From assembly GCF_001194135.2 (NCBI RefSeq), contig NC_068985.1, positions 70,741,601-70,805,600 of the forward strand: DNA of 64,000 bases, in the 5' to 3' direction. Origin of the DNA: Octopus bimaculoides. Taxonomy: Eukaryota. Below are positions 12,815 to 24,865 of the stretch, in pieces (positions within the stretch are counted from its first letter, which is position 1; each line of letters opens with the position of its first letter). A program made the position numbers and the translations under genes. The notes beneath the pieces are model-generated. The model saw nothing but the letters and a program-made list of their open reading frames with translations. It ran no database searches and was not told where the DNA came from.

Positions 12815-12975
12815 GTACTTATTAGCTGATATTTACATTCTGAGTTCAAATTCACACGTGGTCAACTTTACCTTTTATATCTTGGTGAATGCATCGATAA
12901 CATAAAGTATCGGGGAAATATTCTGGTGAATTTGATCGACTATTCTTCTCTTTAAATGTGGAAACTTTGTCAGCA
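12815..12975 (+). mobile_element. Degraded family-B SINE
   Basis: ttctgagttcaaattc..gtcaactttaccttt..cgataa..aagta..gatcgact. Confidence 0.5.
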
Positions 12976-13049
12976 ATATTTTATTTTCTAAATAGTTATT
13001 CTTAGCTTGTCCATTTATTGATTTCTGGCTTTGGCAAGAAGTCACGGAT

Positions 13050-13180
13050 ATTGCGGGATATGTGTAGTCAATATAATTGAGCCTTGCTCTGACCTGGAAG
13101 AATGAAAGTCAAAGATGACCTCTCGGGAATTTGAATTCGGAATGTAAAAAGTAGATAGCTAAATACCATAAGTCATATTA
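13050..13180 (-). mobile_element. Degraded family-B SINE
   Basis: gaatgaaagtcaaagatgacctc..ggaatttgaattcggaatgtaaa. Confidence 0.5.
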
Positions 13181-14834
13181 TTTGATACTTCACTCAATGT
13201 GACACCAAGTTTTCCATTTATTCTCATTACTCTGAGAATAGAAATGTCGACAAATCAACAAGGGATCATGTCAGTAGTCAAATAAGAACCAGCAGTATGC
13301 TCTATTAGAAACAGCGACTAAGTATCCTACAAAACGTACTCTAGTTGACGATGTAGTGCAAAGTATACTTGCATGAATGATAATAATTGTAAAGGGCCAC
13401 AGTGTAGAGTTTTTGCTCAGTATGGGCTGAACTAAGACTAAACAACAACAATAACGACAACAACAATTACAACAACATCAACAACGATAACACCAACATC
13501 AATTTTTTTTTTTTTTTTTTTTTCTCAGCTCCACTGAACCGCAATGGATCATGTCCGCAGTTATTTGACTTACGAATGGACTACTTACAGAGTATGTTCC
13601 TGCTTCTTTTTTGTCTGACCTAGCAATTATAATAGATCTCAAGCAAATTGAAGCCTGAGACCAGAGCTTTATGCCAAAAATGTTAGTACTATAACTTAGT
13701 TTGGAAACAAAATGCTAAAAGAGAGAGAACTGTCCGAATGTAGTAGTTTTTCGAAAAAGGAATTAATGAATGTACGGAAGCTAAGACGTTAAACGTTCAG
13801 TGGTTTGTTATAAGTGGTACTGTGTTGCCTTCTGTATAAGTTGCCTTTACAGTGCAGATTGTTTGTCTGCGCATGTACTCAGCAGTTTTGGTCATACTGG
13901 TACCTAGTTGGAATATGCTAATTGTTCTATTATCCATTTGTTACTGATGATGTGCATTTCTGCACAAGCTTCAAAAACCAAATAATTTATAGATGCAGGA
14001 ACTACATTCGTGTGCGTCAAAGTTTGTGCTGGTCTGCCCTGGATCAGAGAAATATTCTAATTCTGTTCTTCTTGTTAAAGCTTTCAGGAGTGTTGTACAT
14101 ACGTGTGTAACGATTTACATTTGAAATGGTAACAAGTGTGACAGTTGAGGTTTAAGGCTTGCTACAGCATCAAAGATTTAGTCTCCACATTTCCAGATGG
14201 TTTTTCAGTTTGATTAATTTTTTTCTAGCTGGATGGCGTGTAAATGTTTTGTCGTTTCTTTTTCCCAGCGAAAACCGTAATGTCTCGTAGATTACTGTTT
14301 TTGTGTTCTAAGTAATTTTATGTGAAGATAACATGGTTAATGATAGATTTAACATTGCTTATAAGCCAAAATTATTGTTCCTGCTTTTTTTCTTACCAAA
14401 CTTCATTCCTTTAAGAGGATTTAGTGTGCTTATAATATTGATTTGCAATCTTTACCTCGTCTTGTGTTTACTGAGAATATTGTAGAGTTATTCTGAATAA
14501 TTTCTTATATATTTGTATTTAGTGTGTGTGTGTGTAGGGGATATTTTTATTCATGTTAAATGTGACGGTTTGACGTATTTCATGCTTTTTCCTCTCGGTA
14601 AAATGGAAAATGGCTGTTGCTACTGCTACTATTTACTCCCAGATTACCACAGCAGATCGAAAAAAAGACTTTAACCAAAGGTATTGAACATGTATGATTA
14701 TTTTGTTTTTCAAGTTATTATAGTGTGATTTTTGTGAGATTTCGCTGTAAATTTAACTAGTTGAGTGATCCCACAAACTTATTGTTATACGGTGCATTCA
14801 GTTGTTTCTTATATAAACACACAGCTTGCAGTTT

Positions 14835-14975
14835 TGATGGAATGTGATTAGTGGATACGATCTATCCCAGTACATATATGTACTATTTTTATTGACCCCC
14901 CAGATCGAGGAAAGGTAAAGCTGGCAACAGCAGAAACTAAACTCAGAACGTAAAGTGTCGGAAGAAACAGCAACT
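14835..14975 (-). mobile_element. Degraded family-B SINE
   Basis: tactatttttattgacccc..gaaaggtaaagc..cagcagaaactaaactcagaacgtaaag. Confidence 0.5.
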
Positions 14976-15658
14976 TATCAACGGTTTTTGACGATTCTCC
15001 TCATCAACTTCTGCTTCACTAATTTGCTATTCCAATCTTTTTAAGCTTGATGCTTTGAGAAAGAGGCTTTAAGGTTCCAATAACTGGATTCCTGCCTATG
15101 AAGTCTGACTAGGTCGACCGTACAGATCACACTTTTTTGGTCTGTGTAGCCGATCACTTTTAATTGTAAATGATCTATGCTTTCGCACTCTGGTGACCTA
15201 CATAATTCTCTATCTATATGCAATCAGGATGGGGACAGTGGTGGGGGTCGTGATTGTGTCATTTCTAAATTTATCCTGCTCGTCATTGCTACTGTTGCAG
15301 TTGTTGCCTCAATTGCTTATGTTGTTGTTGTTGTTGCTGTTGTTGTTCTTGTCTGTGCTTTGTCTCTCGACCATATCAATTACTGGTAAGAAAATTAAGA
15401 AAATTCTGTCCTCGTATATCCTCTTACTCCTAAAGGACAGAATAGACTAAGCGGAGCAGGAGAATGCACGAGGACGGAAAGGGTCGCTGAAGAGGTAACA
15501 GATGCGTGACGAACGATTTCCCGACAATATATAGTGCTCGTTTACTTGGCAACAGAAAAATAACAAACAAACAAACAAAAATGACCATCCCGAAATATAA
15601 TATTTGTTTCAATACACAGTTTCATATCAGAAACTTGCAACACCAATACATAAACAAA

Positions 15659-15776
15659 ATGATGATGATGATTTTGATGACGACGACGACGACGATGATG
15701 AGGAGAATGATGATGAGAAGAAGAAGAAGAAGAAGAAGAAGAAGAAGAAGAAGAAGAAGAAGAAGAAGAAGAAGAA
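15659..15776. repeat. (GAT/GAC)n(GAA)n microsatellite
   Basis: Direct reading. Confidence 0.95.
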
Positions 15777-15784
15777 TTTCTGAT

Positions 15785-15960
15785 ATAGGAACAAGATCTG
15801 AAATATTGTGGGAGGGAATAGTCGATTAGATCGACCCACTACTTGTCTGGTACTTATTTTATCGACCCTGAAAGGATGAATGGCAAGGCCTACCTCCGTG
15901 GAATTTGAGCTCAGAGCACAAAGACGGACGAAATACCGTTAAGCGTTTTAGCCATCTTGC
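15785..15960 (-). mobile_element. Family-B SINE between (GAA)n and (AAT)n tracts
   Basis: tagtcgattagatcgaccc..ggtacttattttatcgaccctgaaaggatgaatggcaag..ggaatttgagctcaga..gacggacgaaataccgttaagc. Confidence 0.75.
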
Positions 15961-16021
<61 letters not shown>

Positions 16022-16562
16022 CAGAAAGAGTAAACATGAATATTTATAAACATTATAAAATATCATAATGGTTTCAATTCCGTTGAATAGCTGAACATGT
16101 TCATTCCGTGATTTGCCTGCAGAATGGAAGACATTAAAATATACCAAAACAAGAAAAGAAAGAAATTCTCGTCATACAATCAAAACAATAAAAGTAAAAA
16201 CGTATATGTGCAAAAATAAAAATGTATATAGATATTAAAAAAATACTATATAAAATTGCATGAATCTACAGCAAGAAATTAGGGGGATCAATTGGTGATT
16301 TGAACAAATCTGTAAGGATTAGTTCAAATTGAAATCTTATCTGCAACTCATAGCCCAAAACCGTTTTCCCCTTCACAAAGGACACCTAATTATAACTGTA
16401 CTGTAATTTCCATATTAAGCCTCCTCTGATTTTATGGCTTACCATAAAAATTAATTTCAATCAATCTCTTCCTTCTTTCTGCATACACTTCCAATCAGTT
16501 CTATTGTTATCCTGGCCCTGTCCGACCAGTGTTACAACCACTACCACCGCCGCCACCACCAT

Positions 16563-16597
<35 letters not shown>

Positions 16598-17479
16598 TTA
16601 CTCGCTGCTGATGCTGCTATTATTACAGCCGTTCTGCCCTCTTCTGACAAATGGAACCTAAGAGAATAGCAATAAAAAAGATAACTGACTGTTCATTTTT
16701 GTTGTTGTTGTTGCTGCTATTTTTTCATTCGTTCGCTTCCATCTTTATTCCCTCTCCTTCTTGCTGCTTCTAGACTCCTACCAACTGTTCCTCATCAAAG
16801 TTCAAAGATTGCTTTTAATGTAACCTTTACTTGAAGCGTGTTGCTTAGGGGAAATCTTAACATCTATATGCAAATAAATGTGTTCATTAATTGCTTTCGG
16901 TTATTGTAGTTGTCCTTGTTGTTATTAAAACTCTTTTATCATTACTATTTCAACTCCACTGTGCTTTTTACAACATTTTTGTTTTGTTTTATGGCATATA
17001 TTTTTATATCCTGACATGATTGAAGTTATACATTGAATTTCTCATGATAAAAATGTTTTGTCTGCAGTTAAAAGAACTGGATTTTGTACCATATGAGATG
17101 TTGCTTTGCAAATTAAGCTAAATTCTAGAGAGAAAAACTCAACTGCTTACTGTCCGCAGTTTCTTTTCTTTTTTCATACTTCGTTTATCTTTTTTTCTTT
17201 TCTGAAGTAGCTGCTGATTCCTAACTTTACTCCCTTTCAATTAGACAAAAATATTATGTGATGATCATTTGCACAACCCATATCCCCAAGAATGCAAACG
17301 CAAATATTGTATTTAGCATTGTATTCTTTCCAGTTAGCTTCAATTCAATTGATAGTCCGATCAGTATAATATAAAATAATTACTCTACATCAGCCCTATT
17401 CGAGACCTACGTTTAAAGAGATTCTCTCATGATCCCATTTTTTAGACAAGGTTATGAGCAAGGTTATATGATTAAGAAT

Positions 17480-17838
17480 TTCATTTCACAAGAACTTGGA
17501 TCCAGGTTCAAAACTACTGAGTGGACCATGGAGCAAGTGTCGTCTACAACAGCCAAGGGTTAGCTAATGTTTTATGAGTGAAATTTGAGTGACACAAACT
17601 GTATAGAATCCCGTTGTATGTATGTGTGTATGCTTATCAATGCACACACACATATATATGACTGCTTATATCATTGCCATTTTTCATGCTGTATCCTTTA
17701 ATGTCGTGTAACTTAAAATTTCGTGTTGATAAAATTAGTTGTATACAAAAATAATGAATTGCGCATAAAATCCTTGAAGGCTGTGGCCTAGCATGGCCGC
17801 AGTCCAAAGTCTGAAACCAGTAAAAATGTAGAAGGATA
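17480..17838 (+). mobile_element. Degraded family-A SINE pieces (head ~17480-17630, tail ~17780-17838)
   Basis: ggatccaggttcaaaactactg..gagcaagtgtcgtctac; tail agcatggccgcagtcc..ctgaaaccagtaaaa. Confidence 0.5.
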
Positions 17839-17969
17839 GGGTATATAGGACGACATAATCCAATTCGCAATTCCATTTTTTACTCGGTTGCAAATTAAGG
17901 AAGTTTTGCTTGCTATTTCTATATCAGGTCATATTAACATGTAGGCCCTTGTTGGATCATATAGCAATG

Positions 17970-18150
17970 AATAGGAAGAATCGGTAGAGTTGGACTGAAT
18001 CCCTTCTACAAGATTGGTGTTTCTATTTACATTGTGAGTTCGAATCCTACCGGGGTTTACCCATCTTTCATCCTCCCTAGGGTCACTAAAAAATATATCT
18101 CTAGTTTTAGGGTTAATCTAATCTTCTGTACCTCTCCTGCAAATCACCAT
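17970..18150 (+). mobile_element. Degraded family-B-like SINE
   Basis: gtgagttcgaatcc..ctttcatcctccctagggtcactaaaa. Confidence 0.45.
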
Positions 18151-18159
18151 CCATATTAA

Positions 18160-18680
18160 CCCTAAAAATATGAAAAAAAAATGTGTTACATAAGCACATT
18201 AAGGTGACCATACTAGTCCAATCAGATTTTCATTGAAAAATATATACAAAATATAAAAAAATTCATTTACACAGTTCATTCCCAAAACTGCTTCATATCT
18301 GTGGCTTTCACATGCAAAAATTTTTGACAGCTAAATTCTACTCTTTTTTTTTTTTACATGAAGGACAAATCCTGCAAAATCCTCATGAGTCACCTATTTT
18401 CTCTCTTTTGGATACAGAAAATATTTCTTCAGGCTCTTCATCACCAAGAAGTTCTTCAGCCAGTATTTTAAAAAATTCGCGACTTGATAGAAGTTTATTC
18501 TTCTGTTTGAATTGTAGGTGTTTTTTCATTATATATACTGCATATAATGTATGCTGCTGTATCAATCAGCTTGAAAAACAGTACCATTGACCATCTTCGT
18601 GTGACATATTGCACCAAATAGTATCTAATCAGCTGGTCAAATGTCAACTCCTTTTTGTATAATTATTTCATCCCAGGTGG
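18160..18680 (-). pseudogene. piggyBac transposase 3' remnant
   Basis: KGVD.FDQLIRYY..TRRWSMVLFFKLIDTAAY, REFFKILAEELL and a Cys-rich tail (GFCRICPSCK..FACESH..NC), broken by frameshifts and stops; TTAA|CCCT at 18156-18163 is a possible terminus. Confidence 0.85.
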
Positions 18681-18755
18681 GTTGGATCATGTTCAACGCT
18701 TCAAGAAAACTTTTCAATACCAGAATCACAAAAAAATATTTAAAACATTCCGTAT

Positions 18756-18929
18756 AGGCGCAGGCATAGCTGTGCGGTAAGAAGCTTGCTTCCCAACCAC
18801 ATGGTTCCGAGTTCAGTCCCACTGCGTGGCATCTTGGGAAGGTGTCTTCTACTATAGCTTTGGTCCTATGAAAGCCTTGTGAGTGGATTTGGTAGAAGGA
18901 AACTGAAAGAAGCCCATTGTATGTGTATA

Positions 18930-18962
<33 letters not shown>

Positions 18963-19113
18963 TTGTCCCCCACCATCGCTTCACAACCGATGTTGGTGTG
19001 TTTACGTACTAGGCTTAAAAAGAATAAGTTCTGGGGTCGATTTGTTTGATTAAAAGCGGCGCTCCAGCATGGCCGCAGTCAAATGGCTGAAACAAATAAA
19101 AGAATAAAAGAAT
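18756..19113 (+). mobile_element. Family-A tRNA-derived SINE, near full length with a ~40-bp internal deletion
   Basis: Head AGGCGCAGGCATAGCTGTGCGG (A-box-like), GAGTTCAGTCC (B-box-like), internal (GT)n, tail (GAATAAAA)n. Confidence 0.9.
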
Positions 19114-20317
19114 AATAGAAGAATATAGGGAAAAAAACATCTAGAAGACTGTAGAAGTTCTCAAACGCTAAGGAAAACTCGAGAAATATTTCTAGATATG
19201 AAATTATTTTTACAAAATAAGACACACGAATGACAGGGCTATAGGAAAAAAAAAATTACCAGTAAACCTTGGATTAAGATCAGCACATAGTATTAATTTA
19301 CAGAACCATTGATTTCAATTAAATAATTCTTTTTATATATCAAAATATGGCTTGAACATAAAAATGATAGTTGAGGTTACTTCCATGTTTTCAAGTGTTA
19401 ACATAGGCCTATGTAATGTAGATGCTGCTGGCAAAATACAATGCAATATCGTTGTAATTCATGATTTCAAATCACTCCAGTGTCAAAATTGCTTTTCATT
19501 CTTCTAAGGTTGATAAAATAATTAACCAATCTAGACCTGGGGTAGAAATCACCAGTATGGTACATAATTGTTTTAATTATCTTTTCTTTTTCTTTTGTGT
19601 GCTCTTACATTAGCGTTTCAGTTCTAGCATGTGAGATATGTTATTTTTTTCAAATTTGTACTTCATTGGATCAAGTTTTTGCTGCTGTTAGCATTATTGC
19701 ATGTCAGCATAATGATTAAACAGATATATGATGAAAACAATTTCAGCTATGTCTAATCTCGTCTATTGTTTCAGGCAACATGTGGATAATGTTATACTAT
19801 TCAATACAGTGATAGATGTCAAACTTTAAAGACAGTAGAATGTGACTGCAGGAAAATTTGATTGGTTCGTGTTGAATTTACTGCAAGATTCTCTTATTAT
19901 CACTTACCAACTAGCTGGGAATTAAAAGTCCTATTAGTTCGACAAATTGGAGCAGACAGGGTAATGTGGTTTTCCTACAGAGCGGTTACCCTAAGGGCTA
20001 AAATACATTTACTTTAAATTGCTAGATAATTATAAAATATACAATCGCATGTTAACTCTTCAATGATCAGGAATGATCACTATACTATTATTTATGTGGT
20101 TACGAAAGCAGAAACTGTTCAACAGGAGAAAATGTTGGCAAACTTGATTGAATGAAATATTGCATTTTATTTGATACTCATGCATTGTATATACGTTAGC
20201 CAGCTCTAACCGAAAGTGTATTTCACTACTGACCCAACTTAGAGATGTCTAGGCAGGTGACTAGTTGTTTTGCAAGTTTCCTTTCATATCTGTCATACAA
20301 TCAATTCCAATAACCCG

Positions 20318-20364
<47 letters not shown>

Positions 20365-21067
20365 TAATAACAATAAATGGAGCAAAACGCATATAAATAA
20401 AGGTTCCTTTAATTCCTACACATGTTTCAAAATATATGTGTGGTCTCCTCCAAAGAAGTAAAAGCTGCTGGAATTCCACATATATTCATCTTCAGGGAAT
20501 CAACATATAAAAGCAAGACAAATGCGACATCATGAGGTAACTTACGAGCTATAATGTTACATGTTATATATATATATATATACAATGTCGAAAACATAAC
20601 ATTTGCATTTATCATCTGAATAGTTTTTAACTAATAATACAACTTCAAGCATGATTAATATCTCTAATGCTGCCTTCATGTTTTGCGCAGCCTGCAAAAT
20701 TCCCCTCCAAGCGGATGTATACTGGGCCTTTTTGATTCTTGATGAAAGATCACAGCTACTTTTTGGAAAACTTTCATTCCAAACTTTTTCAACCAAGATG
20801 GCTCCATGCAAAGTAAACATTCCAAATTTACAACAATACTGTTTCCTGACTCGATATTTCACGCAATCGATAAATCATGATAGAATTTTCCTTCAATTGA
20901 TTGACCCCCAGGTAGCTTTCTGCGGCATACGTGTCTGAAAGGATACTGATGTTCTATATATCGTAGCAGCGAGATTCAAGTGCCATGCGGTGACCAAAAG
21001 CCTCCTACTGATGACTTCCAGTAGAAAGAAATCACATGATATGGGAATTCCGGTGCCCATGGCAGCC

Positions 21068-21180
21068 GATTCTCCGTCCTTCTCATGCAGTATCGTATTT
21101 ATTAGGCACGTAACATTGCTTTCATTCCGTTCTATACGGTTTCAAAACCAGCCGACGAGAGATTATCACGTGGTTGCTTC
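21068..21180 (+). repeat. Dispersed repeat family C, copy 1
   Basis: Shares gtatc.tatttattaggcac and ctttcattcc.ttct.tacgg.ttcaaa.cca.ccgacga.agattatcacgt with 25808-25960. Confidence 0.75.
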
Positions 21181-21347
21181 AGATGTATGTGTGTACTGTT
21201 ATGCACCAAGCGCTACGATTTATGTGTGTACTGTTATGAACCAAGTGCCTATATCCGAGGATATCTCAAGGCTAATAACGTAACATTCGGTGTTAAGTTG
21301 GATATAATGATCACGTCTTGGTCTCAATACTGCTTCCGTCGCTAATG

Positions 21348-21404
<57 letters not shown>

Positions 21405-21411
21405 TATGTAC

Positions 21412-21500
<89 letters not shown>

Positions 21501-21525
21501 CACACACACATGCATACATATAGGA

Positions 21526-22245
21526 CACTATGATGAAATCCGTCGGGAGGATAATCCCGAGGACAAAGAAATAAAAGCTATAGCCACTTATAATGAAAAG
21601 GGATACTTGTGGAATGTACCCGTGAAGACCTCAATAAAATGTCAGCACAACCTGATTTAATGATTTGGGATAAAGAAGAGAAACTTCTTTATCCCACAGT
21701 TGAGGAAATTAGCTGCCCAGTGGATGATTAACATAAAGCTGAAGATCAATGAAGAAGAGAACACCTATGCTGAACTATTGAGAAATCTGCAGTTACTCTA
21801 TCCAGATTACAAGTTCAGGTTTATACCTATAATTACTGGGGTCCTGAAATATGCAACACACTGCCTAAATACCAGTGTTGAGAAATTAAGCTTCTCAAAA
21901 ACAGAAACGAGAAAGTTAATTTCAAGACTACAGATATAATCCATCACTGGAACTGTAAAAATCTATCCACAAGTTTATCATTTAAATATATATGAGCATG
22001 TCTAGATATGCAAGTATATATATGAGAATACATACAAACATACATACATGCATGCATACATACATACATGCATAAATACATACATACATGCATACATACA
22101 TACATACATACATACATACATACATACATACAAAAATACTCTGTTGTTGATGTTGAAATTCCAATGAAGGAACCTTGGATCTAAGTTAGAAACCGGTTCT
22201 TTCCCTATTGGCAAGAAATCTTGAATTAAACTGAATAATGATATA
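21526..22245 (+). mobile_element. R4/Dong-type non-LTR retrotransposon 3' end (RLE endonuclease plus 3' UTR)
   Basis: WNVPVKTSIKCQH..PDLMIWDKEEK..EISCP..NIKLKINEEENTYAELLRNLQLLYPDYKFRFIPIITG (PD-D/ExK-type RLE), frameshifted; (CATA)n inside the presumed UTR. Confidence 0.85.
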
Positions 22246-22295
22246 TACATACATATATACATATGTATTTATTTATGTATTTATATAATACACAC

Positions 22296-22674
22296 TGTGG
22301 AGGCACAATGGCACAGTGGTTAGGGCAGCAGACTCGCGGTCATAGGATCGCGGTTTCGATTCCCCGACCGGACGTTGTGAGTGTTTATTGAGCGAAAATA
22401 CTTAAAGCTCCACGAGGCTCCGGCAGGGGATGGTGGCGAACCCTGCTGTACTCTTCCACCACAACTTTCTCTTGCTTCCTGTTTCTGTTGTTCCTGTAAT
22501 TTAAAGGGTCGGCCTTGTCACACTGTGTGACACTGAATATCCCCGAGAACTAAGTTAAGAGTACATGTGTCTGTGGAGTACTCAGCCACTTGCACGTTAA
22601 TTTCACGAGCAGGCTGTTCCGTTGATCGGATCAACTGGAACCCTCGACGTCGTAAGCGATGGAGTGCCAACAAC
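22296..22674 (+). mobile_element. Full-length family-D tRNA-derived SINE with 13-bp target-site duplication
   Basis: A-box TGGCACAGTGG, B-box GTTTCGATTCC, (CAA)n tail; TSD ATATAATACACAC at 22283-22295 and 22675-22687. Confidence 0.9.
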
Positions 22675-22858
22675 ATATAATACACACACACGCAGACATA
22701 TATACAATTATAAATAAGGGTCAAAGAAAAACATTTTCTATGCCAATATGCTGAAAAATAGAATTTAGATCGTCTAGCCACATACAATATACAATATATT
22801 ACGATGGAAGTGTTATATTGTATGAGGCTAAACAATCTAAAGTCTATTTTTCAGCATA

Positions 22859-23253
22859 TACTCTTTTACTCTTTCACTTGTTTCAGTCATTTGACTGCGG
22901 CCATGCTGGAGCACAAACTTTAGTCGAGCAAATTGACCCCAGGACTTATTCATTGTAAGCCTAGTACTTATTCTATCGGTCTCTTTTGCCGAACCGATAA
23001 GTTACGGGAACGAAAACACACTAGCATCTTTCTTCAAGAATGTTTTGGGGGGACAAACACAAACATACAAACATATACACATCACATACATACGAGCTTC
23101 TTTCAGTTTCCGTCTACCAAATCCACTCACAATGCATTGGTCGGCTCGAGGCTATAGTAAAAGACACTTGTCCAAGGTGCCACGCAGTGAGACTGAACCC
23201 GGAACCATGTGGTTGGTATGCAAGCTACTTACCACACAGCCACTCCTGCGCCT
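22859..23253 (-). mobile_element. Full-length family-A SINE
   Basis: Reverse complement of AGGCGCAGGAGTGGCTGTGTGGTAAG...GGGTTCAGTC...CCAGCATGGCCGCAGTCAAATGACTGAAACAAG with a (GAGTAAAA) tail. Confidence 0.9.
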
Positions 23254-24504
23254 ATAAAGTAAGACCTGCGTTGCCCTTATTTATAATCGTTTATAATTTT
23301 CATCTAAAAAGATATTTTAATATGCTGGCAAGTGATAACATTTTTTTTGAAAAGTATTATCCTCATATTAGAAGTATATATATATAGCTGATATAAAGTT
23401 ATAAGCATAGGGTTAGTTTGTGTAACATATACCCTTGCACAATTAGATCATTTCGATACCAAATTTCTACCGTCACCACTTCAGATGGTATACACTTCCA
23501 TCGTAATTGTTTTCTCTCGTATAAGAACAGCAAATCATTATTTTAAATGCTACGCTCTTTAGTTCTCCATTGGTAAGGACACATCTCTAAAACTCAACGT
23601 CCTGGCAAATCCCACTTCTTTCTCATAGAACATATACAATGTTTGTCTGAGTAACTTTAGATCAATTTCTTCCTGGTAACAAACACCAGTTGTGCCGTTC
23701 CAGACTTGTATGCTGTCAGATAACTAAATATCTTGAAACATAATATAGATTTAGAGAATTTAGATTTCCAGACAGGATACAATCTGTTTGACATTCATAT
23801 AATTTAATGTCACTTCTGTATGCTACTTACGTGGCCATTTTATTTACTTAGCAGTATGTATGTATGTATGTATGTATGTATGTATGTATGTATGTATGCG
23901 TGGGTATCTCCATCTGCAGCAGTGTATGTATGTATGTATGTATGTATGCATGTATGTGTATGTATACATATATGTGTATGTATATATATATATGTGTGAG
24001 TGTGTGTATGTATGCACATATATATATACACAGGTGGAGATACATAGATATATACATATACATGAATGTATGTATATATGAATGTATGTTTTATGCGTGT
24101 GTGTGTGTGTATGTATGTGCTTGTGTGTGTTTGAGTGTGAACGAGTGTGTACAATAGTGAGAGTGCCTGTATAAATATATATTCTTTGATACTTTTACTT
24201 TATTGTGTGTGTGTATATGTCGTATGTATTCATGTATTCATATATTAACACAGTCATGTATATGTGCATATGTACATGTGTGCATATTTTGGGAGACAGA
24301 TGTGTGGGTTCCTATGTATGCATATATGAATGAATAAATGAATGCATGTATGTATATATGTATGTGTTTATATAGATATATAGATAATTACATATGGGGA
24401 AACAAGCGATTTGTGTTTATGAAAAAGCATTTGTGTCTACCTCTCAATATATGTTTACAAGTCTTGTAAGTTTGTATGTATGTACTTGTATACGGTAGCT
24501 TGAT

Positions 24505-24539
<35 letters not shown>

Positions 24540-24830
24540 NNNNNNNNNNNNNNNNNNNNNNNNNNNNNNNNNNNNNNNNNNNNNNNNNNNNNNNNNNNNN
24601 NNNNNNNNNNNNNNNNNNNNNNNNNNNNNNNNNNNNNNNNNNNNNNNNNNNNNNNNNNNNNNNNNNNNNNNNNNNNNNNNNNNNNNNNNNNNNNNNNNNN
24701 NNNNNNNNNNNNNNNNNNNNNNNNNNNNNNNNNNNNNNNNNNNNNNNNNNNNNNNNNNNNNNNNNNNNNNNNNNNNNNNNNNNNNNNNNNNNNNNNNNNN
24801 NNNNNNNNNNNNNNNNNNNNNNNNNNNNNN

Positions 24831-24865
<35 letters not shown>

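Noticed and set aside
15486-15515. CTGAAGA...GAAC hammerhead-like string
   Set aside because: It lacks GAAA, helix II is mismatched, and there is no helix I or III.
20557-20862. 101-aa minus ORF, vaguely like a Tc1 C-terminus
   Set aside because: No DDE motif or TIRs; similarity too weak.
22150-22205. CCAATGAAGG...AGAAACCGG in the RLE element UTR as a hammerhead
   Set aside because: The core is CCAAUGA, not CUGANGA, and the helices are unconvincing.
22296-22375. tRNA gene
   Set aside because: It is a tRNA-like SINE head with no complete cloverleaf or T-run terminator, and it continues into SINE body.
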